DNA of 64,000 nt from the IMG/VR virus record IMGVR_UViG_3300030012_002336, positions 1 through 64,000 of that record, one strand, 5' to 3'. The stretch is from a virus (Duplodnaviria > Caudoviricetes). Below the pieces are notes generated by a model that did not search any database, was not told the DNA's origin, and was given only the letters and a program-made list of their open reading frames with translations. This document shows, piece by piece, positions 1 through 9,488 of this stretch. Position numbers and translations under genes: made by a program. How positions within the stretch are numbered: the first letter of the stretch is position 1; every line of letters starts with the position of its first letter.

Positions 1-229
1 GTATTTGTTTGAATTTTACCCGTCATCAATATAATTCAAACCAAGGCAAGTGATGTGCCTTCATTACTTGTTGGGAATAGGTTTATAAGAGCTGAGCATC
101 TCTTTAAACTGTTCAATTCAATTAAATAGATAGCATTCAATTTATGTATATAACGCATAATGAAGCAGGATGTTATTAAATTAAGAAGCCGCCAGAATCT
201 TATAGGTAACTTAATTGAATATTTAATAT

Positions 230-263
230 AATAGAGGTAGCTTGCAACTAAGTTACCTCTATT
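230..263 (+). terminator. 14-bp stem-loop, terminator-like
   Basis: AATAGAGGTAGCTT (230-243) pairs with AAGTTACCTCTATT (250-263), one G-U; short T tail. Confidence 0.5.
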
Positions 264-329
264 TAATCTAACAGAGTAAACTGTTTAAATCAACTCAATA
301 GAATTAATAACTTACTTAAATTAAATAAT

Positions 330-521
330 ATGAAAGTTTTTGGATTTAACCGTTATGGTTTTTTATATATAGATAATGGCAAGAGCCTTATCTGGCAGCA
401 AGTTACATCTAGTGAATCAGAGATGTTAAATAGATACTCTAGTATTCAAGAGTATGATACCTTTAATGATGCATGGTTTGCATATGGTAAGGTTGATAAT
501 AACGTCACCACTGACGTATAA
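330..521 (+). CDS. hypothetical early protein
   Basis: 63-aa ORF with AT-rich leader, same strand as the block. Confidence 0.6.
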   Translation: MKVFGFNRYGFLYIDNGKSLIWQQVTSSESEMLNRYSSIQEYDTFNDAWFAYGKVDNNVTTDV

Positions 522-634
522 ACAATACCAGTATTAAAAGTACTGTTATAGTAAACAGTTGTTATGATTGTTTATTTAAGTGGGTAGTGATTAAGGGGAA
601 GTTTTATAGCTACTACTTCTCCTTAATCCGTTTT

Positions 635-708
635 GGTCTCATAGCTCAATTGGATAGAGCAACAGCCTTCTAAGCTGTAGGTTCTAGGTTCAAGTCCTAG
701 TGGGATCA
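635..708 (+). tRNA. tRNA-Arg (anticodon UCU)
   Basis: Acceptor GGTCTCA/TGGGATC; D-arm AGCTCAATTGGATAGAGC; anticodon arm ACAGC-CTTCTAA-GCTGT (TCT at 669-671); T-arm CTAGG-TTCAAGT-CCTAG; CCA not encoded. Confidence 0.96.
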
Positions 709-740
709 CGAAATAAATTGTATAACTTAATAATAATAAA

Positions 741-1187
741 ATGAATATAGAAAAAATAACTTATAACGTAGTAAAGCAACACATTATGCATTCAGAGGTT
801 AACTCAGCAGAATTTATAATGAAAATGATGATATCATATTTAACTGATGAAGAGAGAGGTGCAGTAATGGATGAAATAGTAAATGAAAGAGATCATGTTG
901 AATTTAAAAAAGGTACTTGGATATCTTTTGATTCTTCAGGTAATAAATATGATGGTCTTGAAGATATAATAGAAGAAGATAGAATGAAAGATGCAAAACT
1001 CATGGATCAAAATGGTTTTCTTAAAGCTAAGATCATAGATGACAAGAGTTATAGTGATGAATGCAATCCTTTTGCAGTTCAATATAAAGTAGAAATGCCT
1101 TATATGAATCCAGACCATGAGATTGCTAAAAAAGAACTATATGTTAAAAGATCTTTTATTGTAGGATTATGGAAAGATTCGGTATAG
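741..1187 (+). CDS. hypothetical protein
   Basis: 148-aa ORF in operon context. Confidence 0.7.
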   Translation: MNIEKITYNVVKQHIMHSEVNSAEFIMKMMISYLTDEERGAVMDEIVNERDHVEFKKGTWISFDSSGNKYDGLEDIIEEDRMKDAKLMDQNGFLKAKIIDDKSYSDECNPFAVQYKVEMPYMNPDHEIAKKELYVKRSFIVGLWKDSV

Positions 1188-1408
1188 TTGACTATGATGT
1201 TGTCACTGATCCTAATTTGTCTTTACAAGCTAAAGGTGTTTATGCAGTCATAAGCACCTTTTGCAACACCAATAGAACTTGTTATCCATCCATTGCAACT
1301 ATTGCAGATTTATGTGATGTGAGTACAAGAACTGTGGATAGAAAGCTTAAAGAATTGAAAGATAAAGGTTATCTTCATAGAAACGGAAAAATAATTAAAT
1401 TATTATAG
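1169..1408 (+). CDS. winged-helix DNA-binding protein (HTH_36-like)
   Basis: LSLQAKGVY...CYPSIATIADLCDVSTRTVDRKLKELKDKGYL. Confidence 0.85.
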   Translation: MERFGIVDYDVVTDPNLSLQAKGVYAVISTFCNTNRTCYPSIATIADLCDVSTRTVDRKLKELKDKGYLHRNGKIIKLL

Positions 1409-1473
1409 CTATATATATGCTATATTTATTTATTGCTGTCTCAATTAGATTAGTATAAATAAATATAATAGTA

Positions 1474-1481
1474 TACTTTTG
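1474..1481 (+). promoter_or_regulatory. possible Bacteroidota -7 promoter element
   Basis: TACTTTTG matches TAnnTTTG just before ATG 1486. Confidence 0.4.
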
Positions 1482-1485
1482 TGCT

Positions 1486-1752
1486 ATGATATATCAATTA
1501 CCAAACGGGCGTATAATAGAACTGACATTAGAACAATACCTAGATTTAACTGATGATGAGTTAAAAGATTTAAACGGTCTAGATTCTAGCTACACTACTG
1601 ACCCTAAAGGTCCTTTCTATAAATCAATTCTTGATAAAGCAAAGAAAGAAAAGAAAGATATCTCTTCTTCAGGTAATTATGAACCTGGAGTTGATGAGAT
1701 ATCCAAAGATGATATCATTAATGATGAATATTTTCATCGTGATGATACCTAA
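1486..1752 (+). CDS. conserved phage hypothetical protein
   Basis: MIYQLPNGRIIELTLEQYL N-terminus, acidic C-terminus. Confidence 0.7.
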   Translation: MIYQLPNGRIIELTLEQYLDLTDDELKDLNGLDSSYTTDPKGPFYKSILDKAKKEKKDISSSGNYEPGVDEISKDDIINDEYFHRDDT

Positions 1753-1785
1753 ACAACCAAATTAATTAACTAAATATTTTTAAAA

Positions 1786-2373
1786 ATGATTGAAAACAAC
1801 CAACCAGTTGTCATTTCACGTGATGAAAGTGGCAACATTATTAGAGTATCAAAGAACAATCCTGAATACGGCTTTGTTAGAGTAGAGCAACCAACTTTTG
1901 CAATAGCAGGAGGATGGGTAGATGACAAAACTAGATCTGCAATTATCAACGGTAAGCTTGATAAACTACAAAGAATGCTACCAGCGTTAGAAAAAAATGA
2001 AAAGAACTTAAAAGGACAAATTATTATTACTGAACAGTTTGATCCATTCTTTACTAACACTGAACATCCTAAGTATGAGCAATTAAGAGATAAAAATCTT
2101 AAGATTGCAGGTGATACAGGTGTAGTTCTTAAAGGTGTAGATCCTGAAACAGGTGAAGAAAGACCTATTTATAGAAAAACTGAATTCACTAATGATATGA
2201 ATGCTACTGATACTTTTATTTCTCACATTAACAGTGATGAGATAAGAGCAGCACAAGCAGGAACTACAACTAAGGAAGCAAAAGAAGATTTCATGGCAGC
2301 AGCAGAAGAAGCTGACAAAGAAGTTGAGAAAGAAGAAGAAGTAGAAATGGAAGATGAAACTTTTGAGCTATAG
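1786..2373 (+). CDS. putative ssDNA-binding protein
   Basis: Beta-rich core and long acidic tail ending EDETFEL; followed by a terminator. Function inferred. Confidence 0.45.
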   Translation: MIENNQPVVISRDESGNIIRVSKNNPEYGFVRVEQPTFAIAGGWVDDKTRSAIINGKLDKLQRMLPALEKNEKNLKGQIIITEQFDPFFTNTEHPKYEQLRDKNLKIAGDTGVVLKGVDPETGEERPIYRKTEFTNDMNATDTFISHINSDEIRAAQAGTTTKEAKEDFMAAAEEADKEVEKEEEVEMEDETFEL

Positions 2374-2415
2374 GTCTGTTAACACCTTAAGTTAATAATT
2401 TATTTCAAGTGAATT

Positions 2416-2448
2416 AGGGATTGTTAGAAATAGCAATCCCTTTTTCTT
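2416..2448 (+). terminator. intrinsic terminator
   Basis: AGGGATTGTTA-GAAA-TAGCAATCCCT followed by a T-run. Confidence 0.85.
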
Positions 2449-2473
2449 TATACAAACATTTAAATAAATAATC

Positions 2474-2959
2474 ATGTTAGATAAAAATCAAGCAAATAAA
2501 ATAAAATTACAACAAAGAAAAGATAGATACGAATACATGGGTTTACTAACTGAGTATCAATTAGTTATGAACACAGGTAGTTTCGTTGAGTATACTAAAT
2601 TAAATCCAAAGCAACACTTTATATTTAAAAGAGTATTGCATGGTCTAAAGATGTATAATGAAGCAGAGATTGCTAAAATGCATTGGGATAAAAAGAGAAG
2701 AGTGATTAAAGTATGGAAGCGTGGTCAAGAGGTTATTAATGAGCTAAAACAATGGGTAGCTTATAAGCAAGTTCAACCTATTTTTCGTATATTTGCTAAG
2801 TCTGAATTAGGTAGGGCAATATATGAATCTGAGTTTGAATATTTACCAGACTACAGGAATAAACATACACTTAAAGACTTAGGATTAAACTATTCAGATT
2901 TAATTCTAAAGTTTATGAGTGTAGGATTAGTTCCTAAAAACTTTTATAGTTTAAAATGA
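2474..2959 (+). CDS. hypothetical protein
   Basis: 161-aa ORF, stop overlaps next start. Confidence 0.75.
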   Translation: MLDKNQANKIKLQQRKDRYEYMGLLTEYQLVMNTGSFVEYTKLNPKQHFIFKRVLHGLKMYNEAEIAKMHWDKKRRVIKVWKRGQEVINELKQWVAYKQVQPIFRIFAKSELGRAIYESEFEYLPDYRNKHTLKDLGLNYSDLILKFMSVGLVPKNFYSLK

Positions 2960-3219
2960 GACAGAAATCAAAAAAAATGCAGAAGCTTGATGCAAAGTAT
3001 AGTAAATTAAGAAGGGTATTTCTTGATGACTATCCTATGTGTCAAGCTGCACTGCCTAAATGTACAATAAAGTCCACTGATGTCCACCATAAAAAAGGTA
3101 GGGGGATCTATCACAATGACGTAACTACTTGGCTATCAGTATGTAGGAACTGTCATAACTGGATAGAACTAAATCCCGTAGAGGCAGAAGAATTAGGATT
3201 TTCAATTAAAAGAATATGA
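2956..3219 (+). CDS. small HNH endonuclease
   Basis: CQ...C...DVHHKKGRG...VCRNCHNWI. Confidence 0.85.
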   Translation: MRQKSKKMQKLDAKYSKLRRVFLDDYPMCQAALPKCTIKSTDVHHKKGRGIYHNDVTTWLSVCRNCHNWIELNPVEAEELGFSIKRI

Positions 3220-3452
3220 TTAAATTACTACAATACTTAGCAGTAACTTTACAAAGGGAAGATTTATATAATCTTGCAATGTTTTTGTCAGAGAATCCTG
3301 ACGTTATAGATCAAGAAACTTTAATGCATATAATAGATGAAGTTGATGGATGGAACAGTAACAATGAACTGTACCGTGAAGAACACAATAAACTTATTGA
3401 AGAGAAAAAACTTAAAGATTTATTAAGAGATAATAACATTAATTTAAATTAA
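3216..3452 (+). CDS. hypothetical protein
   Basis: Translationally coupled ORF. Confidence 0.65.
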   Translation: MIKLLQYLAVTLQREDLYNLAMFLSENPDVIDQETLMHIIDEVDGWNSNNELYREEHNKLIEEKKLKDLLRDNNINLN

Positions 3453-3453
3453 G

Positions 3454-3651
3454 ATGAGAAAAAAAATTTTTAATATGAGTAAACATTTATTAGTATTACT
3501 TATAATGTTAACAGCACTTAGTTGTGGATCATACGGTATGTTTTACACACTATTTCATGGATGGGTATACATAATATTATTTATAATTAGTGGTGCATCA
3601 TTTGCACTTAGTATGTTTATACTATATACACTTTCTAATCAATCAAAATAA
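3454..3651 (+). CDS. small two-TM membrane protein
   Basis: Two hydrophobic stretches. Confidence 0.65.
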   Translation: MRKKIFNMSKHLLVLLIMLTALSCGSYGMFYTLFHGWVYIILFIISGASFALSMFILYTLSNQSK

Positions 3652-4757
3652 TGGAAGTGAAGGAAATATCAAGAGATAAAGTACAAGCTGATGCATTAGA
3701 TGTAGCAATACAGAATGTAAGAGCAACTCTAGCGGTATCTATGGGAGTAGGTAAGACTAGAGTTGCTATTCAGCATTTAATAAAACTATATGATTCTTTT
3801 ATAAGGGTGTTAGTTGTTGTACCAAAGTGGTCTGTAAAAGATTCTTGGGAAGATGAACTACAAAAGATGGGTGAGCTTAGACTTGTACATCACATAGAGT
3901 TTTGCACATACTTATCATTAAATAAAAAGAATCCAAATGATTATGACATAGTCTATCTTGATGAATGTCATAGCTTATTAGAATCACATGAATCATTTCT
4001 CTCTGAGTTTAAAGGTAGAATACTGGGACTTACTGGTACACCACCAAGATCAGGAGAGAAACTAAAGATGGTTAATAAGTATTGTCCTGTTAAATATACA
4101 TTTAGTGTAGATGATGCAGCTGACAATGATATACTTAATGACTATCAGATTATAGTACATGAACTTGAACTATCAAGAGTGAAGAATGTTAAGAAGTCTA
4201 CAAGAGATGGAAGAACATGGTATACATCTGAGAAAGCAGATTATGATTACTTTACTGGTGCGTTGGGAGATGCACAAACACCAAAGCAGAAACAATATTT
4301 ATCTATTATGCGTATGAAAGCAATGATGGATTATCCTACTAAAGAAAATTATGCTAAAGGTATAATTAGAAATATAGGAACTAAATGTATTGTCTTTGCT
4401 AATACACAAGCACAAGCAGATAGAATGTGTAAACATAGTTATCATTCTAAAAACGCTGCATCGGAGGATAACTTACAGTTATTTAGTGATGGAAGAATAG
4501 ATAAACTATCTTGTGTATTACAACTAAGTGAAGGAGTTACAATCCCTAACCTACAACAAGGTATTATTATGCATGCATATGGCAATGAAAGAAAATCAGC
4601 ACAACGTATTGGTAGATTACTGAGACTTAATCCTACTGAGACAGCTACATGTCATATATTATGTTATAAAAATACACAAGATGTTAAGTGGGTTAACTCC
4701 GCACTTAGTTCTTTTGATGAAACTAAAGTTAAATATTATAATCCGTTAAATAAATGA
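3651..4757 (+). CDS. superfamily 2 (DExH/ResIII-like) helicase
   Basis: SMGVGKT, LDECH, LTGT, QRIGRLLR motifs. Confidence 0.92.
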   Translation: MEVKEISRDKVQADALDVAIQNVRATLAVSMGVGKTRVAIQHLIKLYDSFIRVLVVVPKWSVKDSWEDELQKMGELRLVHHIEFCTYLSLNKKNPNDYDIVYLDECHSLLESHESFLSEFKGRILGLTGTPPRSGEKLKMVNKYCPVKYTFSVDDAADNDILNDYQIIVHELELSRVKNVKKSTRDGRTWYTSEKADYDYFTGALGDAQTPKQKQYLSIMRMKAMMDYPTKENYAKGIIRNIGTKCIVFANTQAQADRMCKHSYHSKNAASEDNLQLFSDGRIDKLSCVLQLSEGVTIPNLQQGIIMHAYGNERKSAQRIGRLLRLNPTETATCHILCYKNTQDVKWVNSALSSFDETKVKYYNPLNK

Positions 4758-4879
4758 TAGAATTATTTGCACATGGTACAGCCCTTATCCTTGCGTTAGG
4801 GGCTGGTATCGTTATAGGAATTTATATTACAACACAGATAAGTGGTTGGATAGATAAAAATATTAAAAAAGATAAGTAA
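4754..4879 (+). CDS. 41-aa membrane peptide (not in ORF track)
   Basis: ATGA overlap with helicase stop; MIELFAHGTALILALGAGIVIGIYITTQISGWIDKNIKKDK. Confidence 0.65.
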   Translation: MIELFAHGTALILALGAGIVIGIYITTQISGWIDKNIKKDK

Positions 4880-5013
4880 TGGGAAAAATGAAAAACATTT
4901 ACATTCAAATGAAGAATGAAAAGTGGGAAGGTACTCCTGCAGAATACTTAAAAAAAATAATTAAAGAAAAAGAATTTAAAAAAAATGTTGAAGAATTATA
5001 CAAAAAAAATTAA
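4879..5013 (+). CDS. 44-aa basic protein (not in ORF track)
   Basis: TAATG coupling; MGKMKNIYIQMKNEKWEGTPAEYLKK... Confidence 0.6.
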   Translation: MGKMKNIYIQMKNEKWEGTPAEYLKKIIKEKEFKKNVEELYKKN

Positions 5014-5239
5014 TGAATGGGATCTAGATATAGAATATAAATATATTGCAGCTGAGCCTGCTACGCATGACTATCCTGGTACAGGATCTACTGTAGAAAT
5101 AGAAGCTATTTACTTATGGAATCATAATGTAAATGTATCAACTGATGAACCGGTTGATATGTCTAATTTCTTGTATGAGTTGTGTCCAGAGACAATGTAT
5201 GAGTTAGAAAAAGAAATAACAGAATATCATGAAAGGTAA
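4985..5239 (+). CDS. hypothetical protein
   Basis: 84-aa acidic ORF with EPATHDYPG motif. Confidence 0.7.
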   Translation: MLKNYTKKINEWDLDIEYKYIAAEPATHDYPGTGSTVEIEAIYLWNHNVNVSTDEPVDMSNFLYELCPETMYELEKEITEYHER

Positions 5240-5612
5240 TTTCTTTTCTATAATGAAAAAAGTGGGTGATGAACTTACCCATACTATAAAAGCAAAAGGT
5301 ACACTCTATAAAAATTGGGTTAAAGAGTTACCTGAAGGTACAAAGGTAGAGATATTTGTTAGCATAGCTGGTGAAGATGGAACTAATGCACAACTTGCAA
5401 AGATCCATGCTATGATCAGAGAGTTAGCAAATGAAGTTGGACATACTTTTAATGAAATTAAACTTGAGGCTAAGAGAAATACAGGTTTATGTTTTGTTAG
5501 AGATAAGCAAGAGTATTGTAAATCATTTAAGGACTGCAGTAAGCAAGAATTAAACTTGGTAATACAGTCCTTAATTGAAATGGGGGATTTTGCTAATACT
5601 AATCTTCGTTAG
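5229..5612 (+). CDS. NinB/YbcN-like recombination protein
   Basis: TNAQLAKIHAMIRELANEVGHTFNEIK...KS pattern. Confidence 0.6.
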   Translation: MKGNFFSIMKKVGDELTHTIKAKGTLYKNWVKELPEGTKVEIFVSIAGEDGTNAQLAKIHAMIRELANEVGHTFNEIKLEAKRNTGLCFVRDKQEYCKSFKDCSKQELNLVIQSLIEMGDFANTNLR

Positions 5613-6192
5613 AATCAGTATCTTTATCAGAAGCAGGCTCTATAGGTTTATAGTCTTCTGTTATTTTGTCTATTTCTTCTTGTGTAACTTCATAGCTAGG
5701 GTCTGTTTCTAAATTTTCTATAAATTCAGATACTTTATCTCCTACTGATTTGTCTGTTGGAACTAATTTACTTTGCTCTTGTGCTTGAAAATTAATTTCA
5801 GTTAGTAAACTCATTAGACACCATATAGCCATATCACCTGATGAAATTTGTTTAGATTCTTTTACACCTTCAAAGTCTGTTTGTATATTAAGCATAGCTT
5901 TTAAGACTTCTTCTTTGCTCATTTTTGACATGCAGAAGTTTAGTGTATCTTGAATTGCATTTTTAAATGTTCCTGATATGGGTACATTTATTATAGCATC
6001 AGTTGGTATTACAAACGCTTTTTTTTTGTATGTATCAGAGTTTCTTAACTCATGTTGTTTCTTTCTGATTGCTTCCCATTCTGCCTGATCTTTTGCTATA
6101 TAAGGATCTTTAAGTTTTTTAAAATCCTTTTCAGACATTATGTTATGTTTTTTATTTATTTCTTCAGGAGTTTGTTCTTTTTTCTTAGCCAT
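5599..6192 (-). CDS. hypothetical protein, lone reverse gene in early block
   Basis: Long ORF; ATG 6192 (MAKKK) preferred because the track's TTG start lies inside a promoter motif. Confidence 0.75.
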   Translation of the reverse strand: MAKKKEQTPEEINKKHNIMSEKDFKKLKDPYIAKDQAEWEAIRKKQHELRNSDTYKKKAFVIPTDAIINVPISGTFKNAIQDTLNFCMSKMSKEEVLKAMLNIQTDFEGVKESKQISSGDMAIWCLMSLLTEINFQAQEQSKLVPTDKSVGDKVSEFIENLETDPSYEVTQEEIDKITEDYKPIEPASDKDTDSNED

Positions 6193-6210
6193 AATAATAT
6201 TATTTATAAG

Positions 6211-6253
6211 CAAATATATAGATAATAATATTAATAAAAAAATATTATATTTG
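6211..6253. promoter_or_regulatory. divergent pair of Bacteroidota -7 elements
   Basis: TATATTTG on - strand at 6211-6218 and on + strand at 6246-6253, facing divergent genes. Confidence 0.7.
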
Positions 6254-6272
6254 TAAACTTAAAAAAATCAAA

Positions 6273-6824
6273 ATGTTTAAAGAAGATATGTTGAATATGA
6301 CAAATGATATTCATAACTTTAAGAATTCATTTGAATCAAAATACAATAAAAATATAAGTATATTAGTAACAGAAAATTCTGATGTTGTTGTAAATGTAAA
6401 ACAATGGCAAGATGAAATAGAAGCCATGAAAGATGCACATCAGGATAGAACTATACAGATACTAGAAAAACTAGTATTAGGTACAATGCGTACATTATAT
6501 CCTGAATTTAAAGGATGGAGATCTTTAGGTAAAGATTGTAGGAAAAGAGAGTTTGTATTATTCAAACAACTTTTTTGTTATATGTGTAATAAAATAGGAT
6601 TTACATTACAGTATACAGGTGATCATATAAATAAACATCATGCTAGTGTTTTATATCATGTAAGACAAGTTGAAAGTTTATTAGGTATTAGTGATCCTCA
6701 GATATGTGAAGCTTATGATAAATTAAAAGAAAATATTAGAAATTATGTTAGAACTATTCCAGAAGATATTAAAGGACAAGCTTACACCGAACCAATTACT
6801 TCTCTTGTACGGGATAAAGAATAG
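6273..6824 (+). CDS. protein with DnaA C-terminal-like HTH
   Basis: FTLQYTGDHINKHHASVLYHVRQVE resembles DnaA domain IV; no AAA+ domain. Confidence 0.7.
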   Translation: MFKEDMLNMTNDIHNFKNSFESKYNKNISILVTENSDVVVNVKQWQDEIEAMKDAHQDRTIQILEKLVLGTMRTLYPEFKGWRSLGKDCRKREFVLFKQLFCYMCNKIGFTLQYTGDHINKHHASVLYHVRQVESLLGISDPQICEAYDKLKENIRNYVRTIPEDIKGQAYTEPITSLVRDKE

Positions 6825-7350
6825 TATTTCTTTTCCTAGTAACCCTACAGCTAAACAGTATGATGTAGGTCAATTAATTAAGTTAGGTTTATTAGAATTT
6901 AAAGAAGGAGCAAACTATTATATAACATCAAAAGGTAAATCTATTGTTACAAAGTATAATAATTTATACAAGGTAGCAAAGAAGAGAACTACTAAACAGT
7001 TATTGGGTGAAAACTATACAGAATTTCTTAAGCTATATAGAGAAGCGTTTCCTAAAGGTAAACTACCAAGTGGTAAACCTGCAAGAGTTAATATGAGAAC
7101 ATTAGAAAATTGTTTTAGATGGTTCTTTGAAACTTATGATTATACTTGGGATGAAGTTGCACAAGCTACTCTTATGTATGTAAGTGAGTATGAAGATAAA
7201 GAATATATGTATATGAAAACAAGTCAATACTTTGTCTGTAAACAAGACAAACATAAAGTGAAACATTCAGAGTTAGCTGATTATTGTGACATGGTACGTG
7301 ATGGTATACAACCTGATACTAATGAACCTTTTAAAGAGAAAGTAGTATGA
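6745..7350 (+). CDS. putative replication initiator/helicase loader
   Basis: N-terminal wHTH-like region, FPKGKLPSG motif, directly upstream of DnaB. Confidence 0.5.
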   Translation: MLELFQKILKDKLTPNQLLLLYGIKNSISFPSNPTAKQYDVGQLIKLGLLEFKEGANYYITSKGKSIVTKYNNLYKVAKKRTTKQLLGENYTEFLKLYREAFPKGKLPSGKPARVNMRTLENCFRWFFETYDYTWDEVAQATLMYVSEYEDKEYMYMKTSQYFVCKQDKHKVKHSELADYCDMVRDGIQPDTNEPFKEKVV

Positions 7351-8300
7351 GCAAAATTAAACCAGCATGGGACGGACAATATCAGTCTTTTAATGAAGCA
7401 CTGAAATATATGCTTGCTAGGCAGAGTGGTAAAGAGAAATCTATACAAACTCCATGGCCTAAGTTTAATGATGCTATTACAGATGGATTAGAATGGAATA
7501 CTCTTACTGTGATTGGTGGTAGACCAGGATCAGGTAAAACTTTGATTAAAGATCAAATAATACGTGAGTCTTTCATTCTTAATCCTGAAGAAGAATATAG
7601 AGTACTTGAATTTCAATTTGAGATGGTAGGTAGAACATCAGCACTTAGAGAGTTTAGTTCTTTAACAGGTAAAACTTATAAAGAACTATGTAGTGCTGGT
7701 ACTAAATTAACTAAAGATACATTTGACCAATGTCATATGTATGCAAAGAATAGGATTAAGAGTCCTGTTGATATTATTAGTACACCTATGACAGTAAATC
7801 AAATGAGAGATCAAGTTGATATCTATATGAATATACATCAAAAGAAAACTATTATCACCTTAGATCATAGTATTCTTGTTAAGAGAGCACCTTATCAAAA
7901 CAATAGATTAGATATGTTGTTTGAACTAGGTGAGTTCTTTACTGAAGTTAAACGTAAATATCCTTGTATGTTTATATGTTTATCACAATTAAATAGAAAC
8001 ATAGATAATCCTGATAGAGCACAGAATGGTAAGTATGGTAACTATGTATTAGAATCAGATATATTTGGTTCAGATGCAATGCTACAACATGCTGATACCT
8101 TAATTGGTATTAACCGTCCTGCTAAACAAAAGATTAGATACTATGGTCCTGATAGATTTATAATAGAGGATGATAGAACTCTTGTATTACATTTTCTAAA
8201 AGCAAGGAATGGTGATACACGTATGAGTTTCTTCAGAGCAGAATTTGAAAATATGAAAATAACTGAGATGGATACACCACCTCAACAAGAAAGAAGATAA
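7347..8300 (+). CDS. dnaB: replicative DnaB-family helicase (C-terminal domain only)
   Basis: GGRPGSGKT, FEM, LDH, LSQLNR, KARNG. Confidence 0.93.
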   Translation: MSKIKPAWDGQYQSFNEALKYMLARQSGKEKSIQTPWPKFNDAITDGLEWNTLTVIGGRPGSGKTLIKDQIIRESFILNPEEEYRVLEFQFEMVGRTSALREFSSLTGKTYKELCSAGTKLTKDTFDQCHMYAKNRIKSPVDIISTPMTVNQMRDQVDIYMNIHQKKTIITLDHSILVKRAPYQNNRLDMLFELGEFFTEVKRKYPCMFICLSQLNRNIDNPDRAQNGKYGNYVLESDIFGSDAMLQHADTLIGINRPAKQKIRYYGPDRFIIEDDRTLVLHFLKARNGDTRMSFFRAEFENMKITEMDTPPQQERR

Positions 8301-8800
8301 TGATTAAAACTAAAAGTATGACTCCACAAGAGCGTAAAGCAAAAGTATTAGAATTAAGAAAAGAGCATGAAGATTACTTTCAAAAAGAGGGTAATGTAAA
8401 TGCATTATATATTCCTAAGATGGCATATAGACCATCTGGTAAAGATGAACTACACGTATCATTCTTTCCAAGTGAGTTTCAAAAGGGTAGAGATATCTAT
8501 ACTGAGTTTGTTAGTATAGAGTATGACTCTGAAGATCCTAAAAGAACTTTATATTTATTAAAACATAATCCTGATTGGTCAAATGATTATGAGATAGTAA
8601 CTAGTAGTTCAGGATTTGAAAGACATATTGTTCCTGTAAGTAAATTAATAGTTATTAATGATATTACAGATAGAGTTAAGATTGATTCACTAATTAATCC
8701 AGTGCCTGAAATTAAAAATCCAGATGAAAGAGATATAGTAGATGTTCTTAAAGGTATTGAAAGAGCATTATTAAGTATAAACCAAAAATTAAGTAAATAA
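8300..8800 (+). CDS. hypothetical protein
   Basis: Coupled ORF in replication operon. Confidence 0.75.
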   Translation: MIKTKSMTPQERKAKVLELRKEHEDYFQKEGNVNALYIPKMAYRPSGKDELHVSFFPSEFQKGRDIYTEFVSIEYDSEDPKRTLYLLKHNPDWSNDYEIVTSSSGFERHIVPVSKLIVINDITDRVKIDSLINPVPEIKNPDERDIVDVLKGIERALLSINQKLSK

Positions 8801-9483
8801 TGGCACAATCTGTATTAGTTATAGCTGACTCCGGGTCAGGTAAATCTACATCTATCAGGGACTTAGATCCTAAAGAAACATTTATTATTAACATTGCAAA
8901 TAAACCTTTACCATTCAAAGGATGGAAGAAGAATTATACAGCAATCAGTAAAGATAATCCTAAAGGTAATATGACACCAGTGTCATCTGCTGCAGGGATT
9001 ATGAAAGCTATGATGCATGTTAATGATAAGATGCCTCATATAAAGAATCTAGTAGTTGATGACTGGCAATACATGTCCAGTTTTGAGTACTTTGATAGAG
9101 CTGATGAGAAAGGTTATGATAAGTTTACCTCTATTGCAAAGAATCTTGCACAAGTTGCTAAGATGCCTAAAGATATGAGAGATGACTTATATATATTCTT
9201 TCTTACACACTCTGAAGAATCAACAGACGTGAATGGACACAGAAAAGTAAAAGCAAAAACTGTAGGTAAAATGATAGATAATGCTTTAACTTTGGAAGGT
9301 TTGTTCTCTATAGTTCTATTTGGCAAAGTTGTCAAAGGAGAAGATGATAAATTAAGTTATGTATTTGAAACAGTTAATAATGGAGAAAATACTTGCAAGT
9401 CACCAGACGGTATGTTTGATGATGCACGTATAGATAATTCATTACAAGTTGTTAAAGATGCAATTATTGAATATGAAAATTAA
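8800..9483 (+). CDS. Sak4-like AAA_24 ATPase
   Basis: ADSGSGKSTS Walker A, VVDD Walker B, TCKSP. Confidence 0.85.
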   Translation: MAQSVLVIADSGSGKSTSIRDLDPKETFIINIANKPLPFKGWKKNYTAISKDNPKGNMTPVSSAAGIMKAMMHVNDKMPHIKNLVVDDWQYMSSFEYFDRADEKGYDKFTSIAKNLAQVAKMPKDMRDDLYIFFLTHSEESTDVNGHRKVKAKTVGKMIDNALTLEGLFSIVLFGKVVKGEDDKLSYVFETVNNGENTCKSPDGMFDDARIDNSLQVVKDAIIEYEN

Positions 9484-9488
9484 TAAAT

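Noticed and set aside
6273-6824. True dnaA gene or bacterial chromosome origin
   Set aside because: No AAA+ domain; whole context is phage
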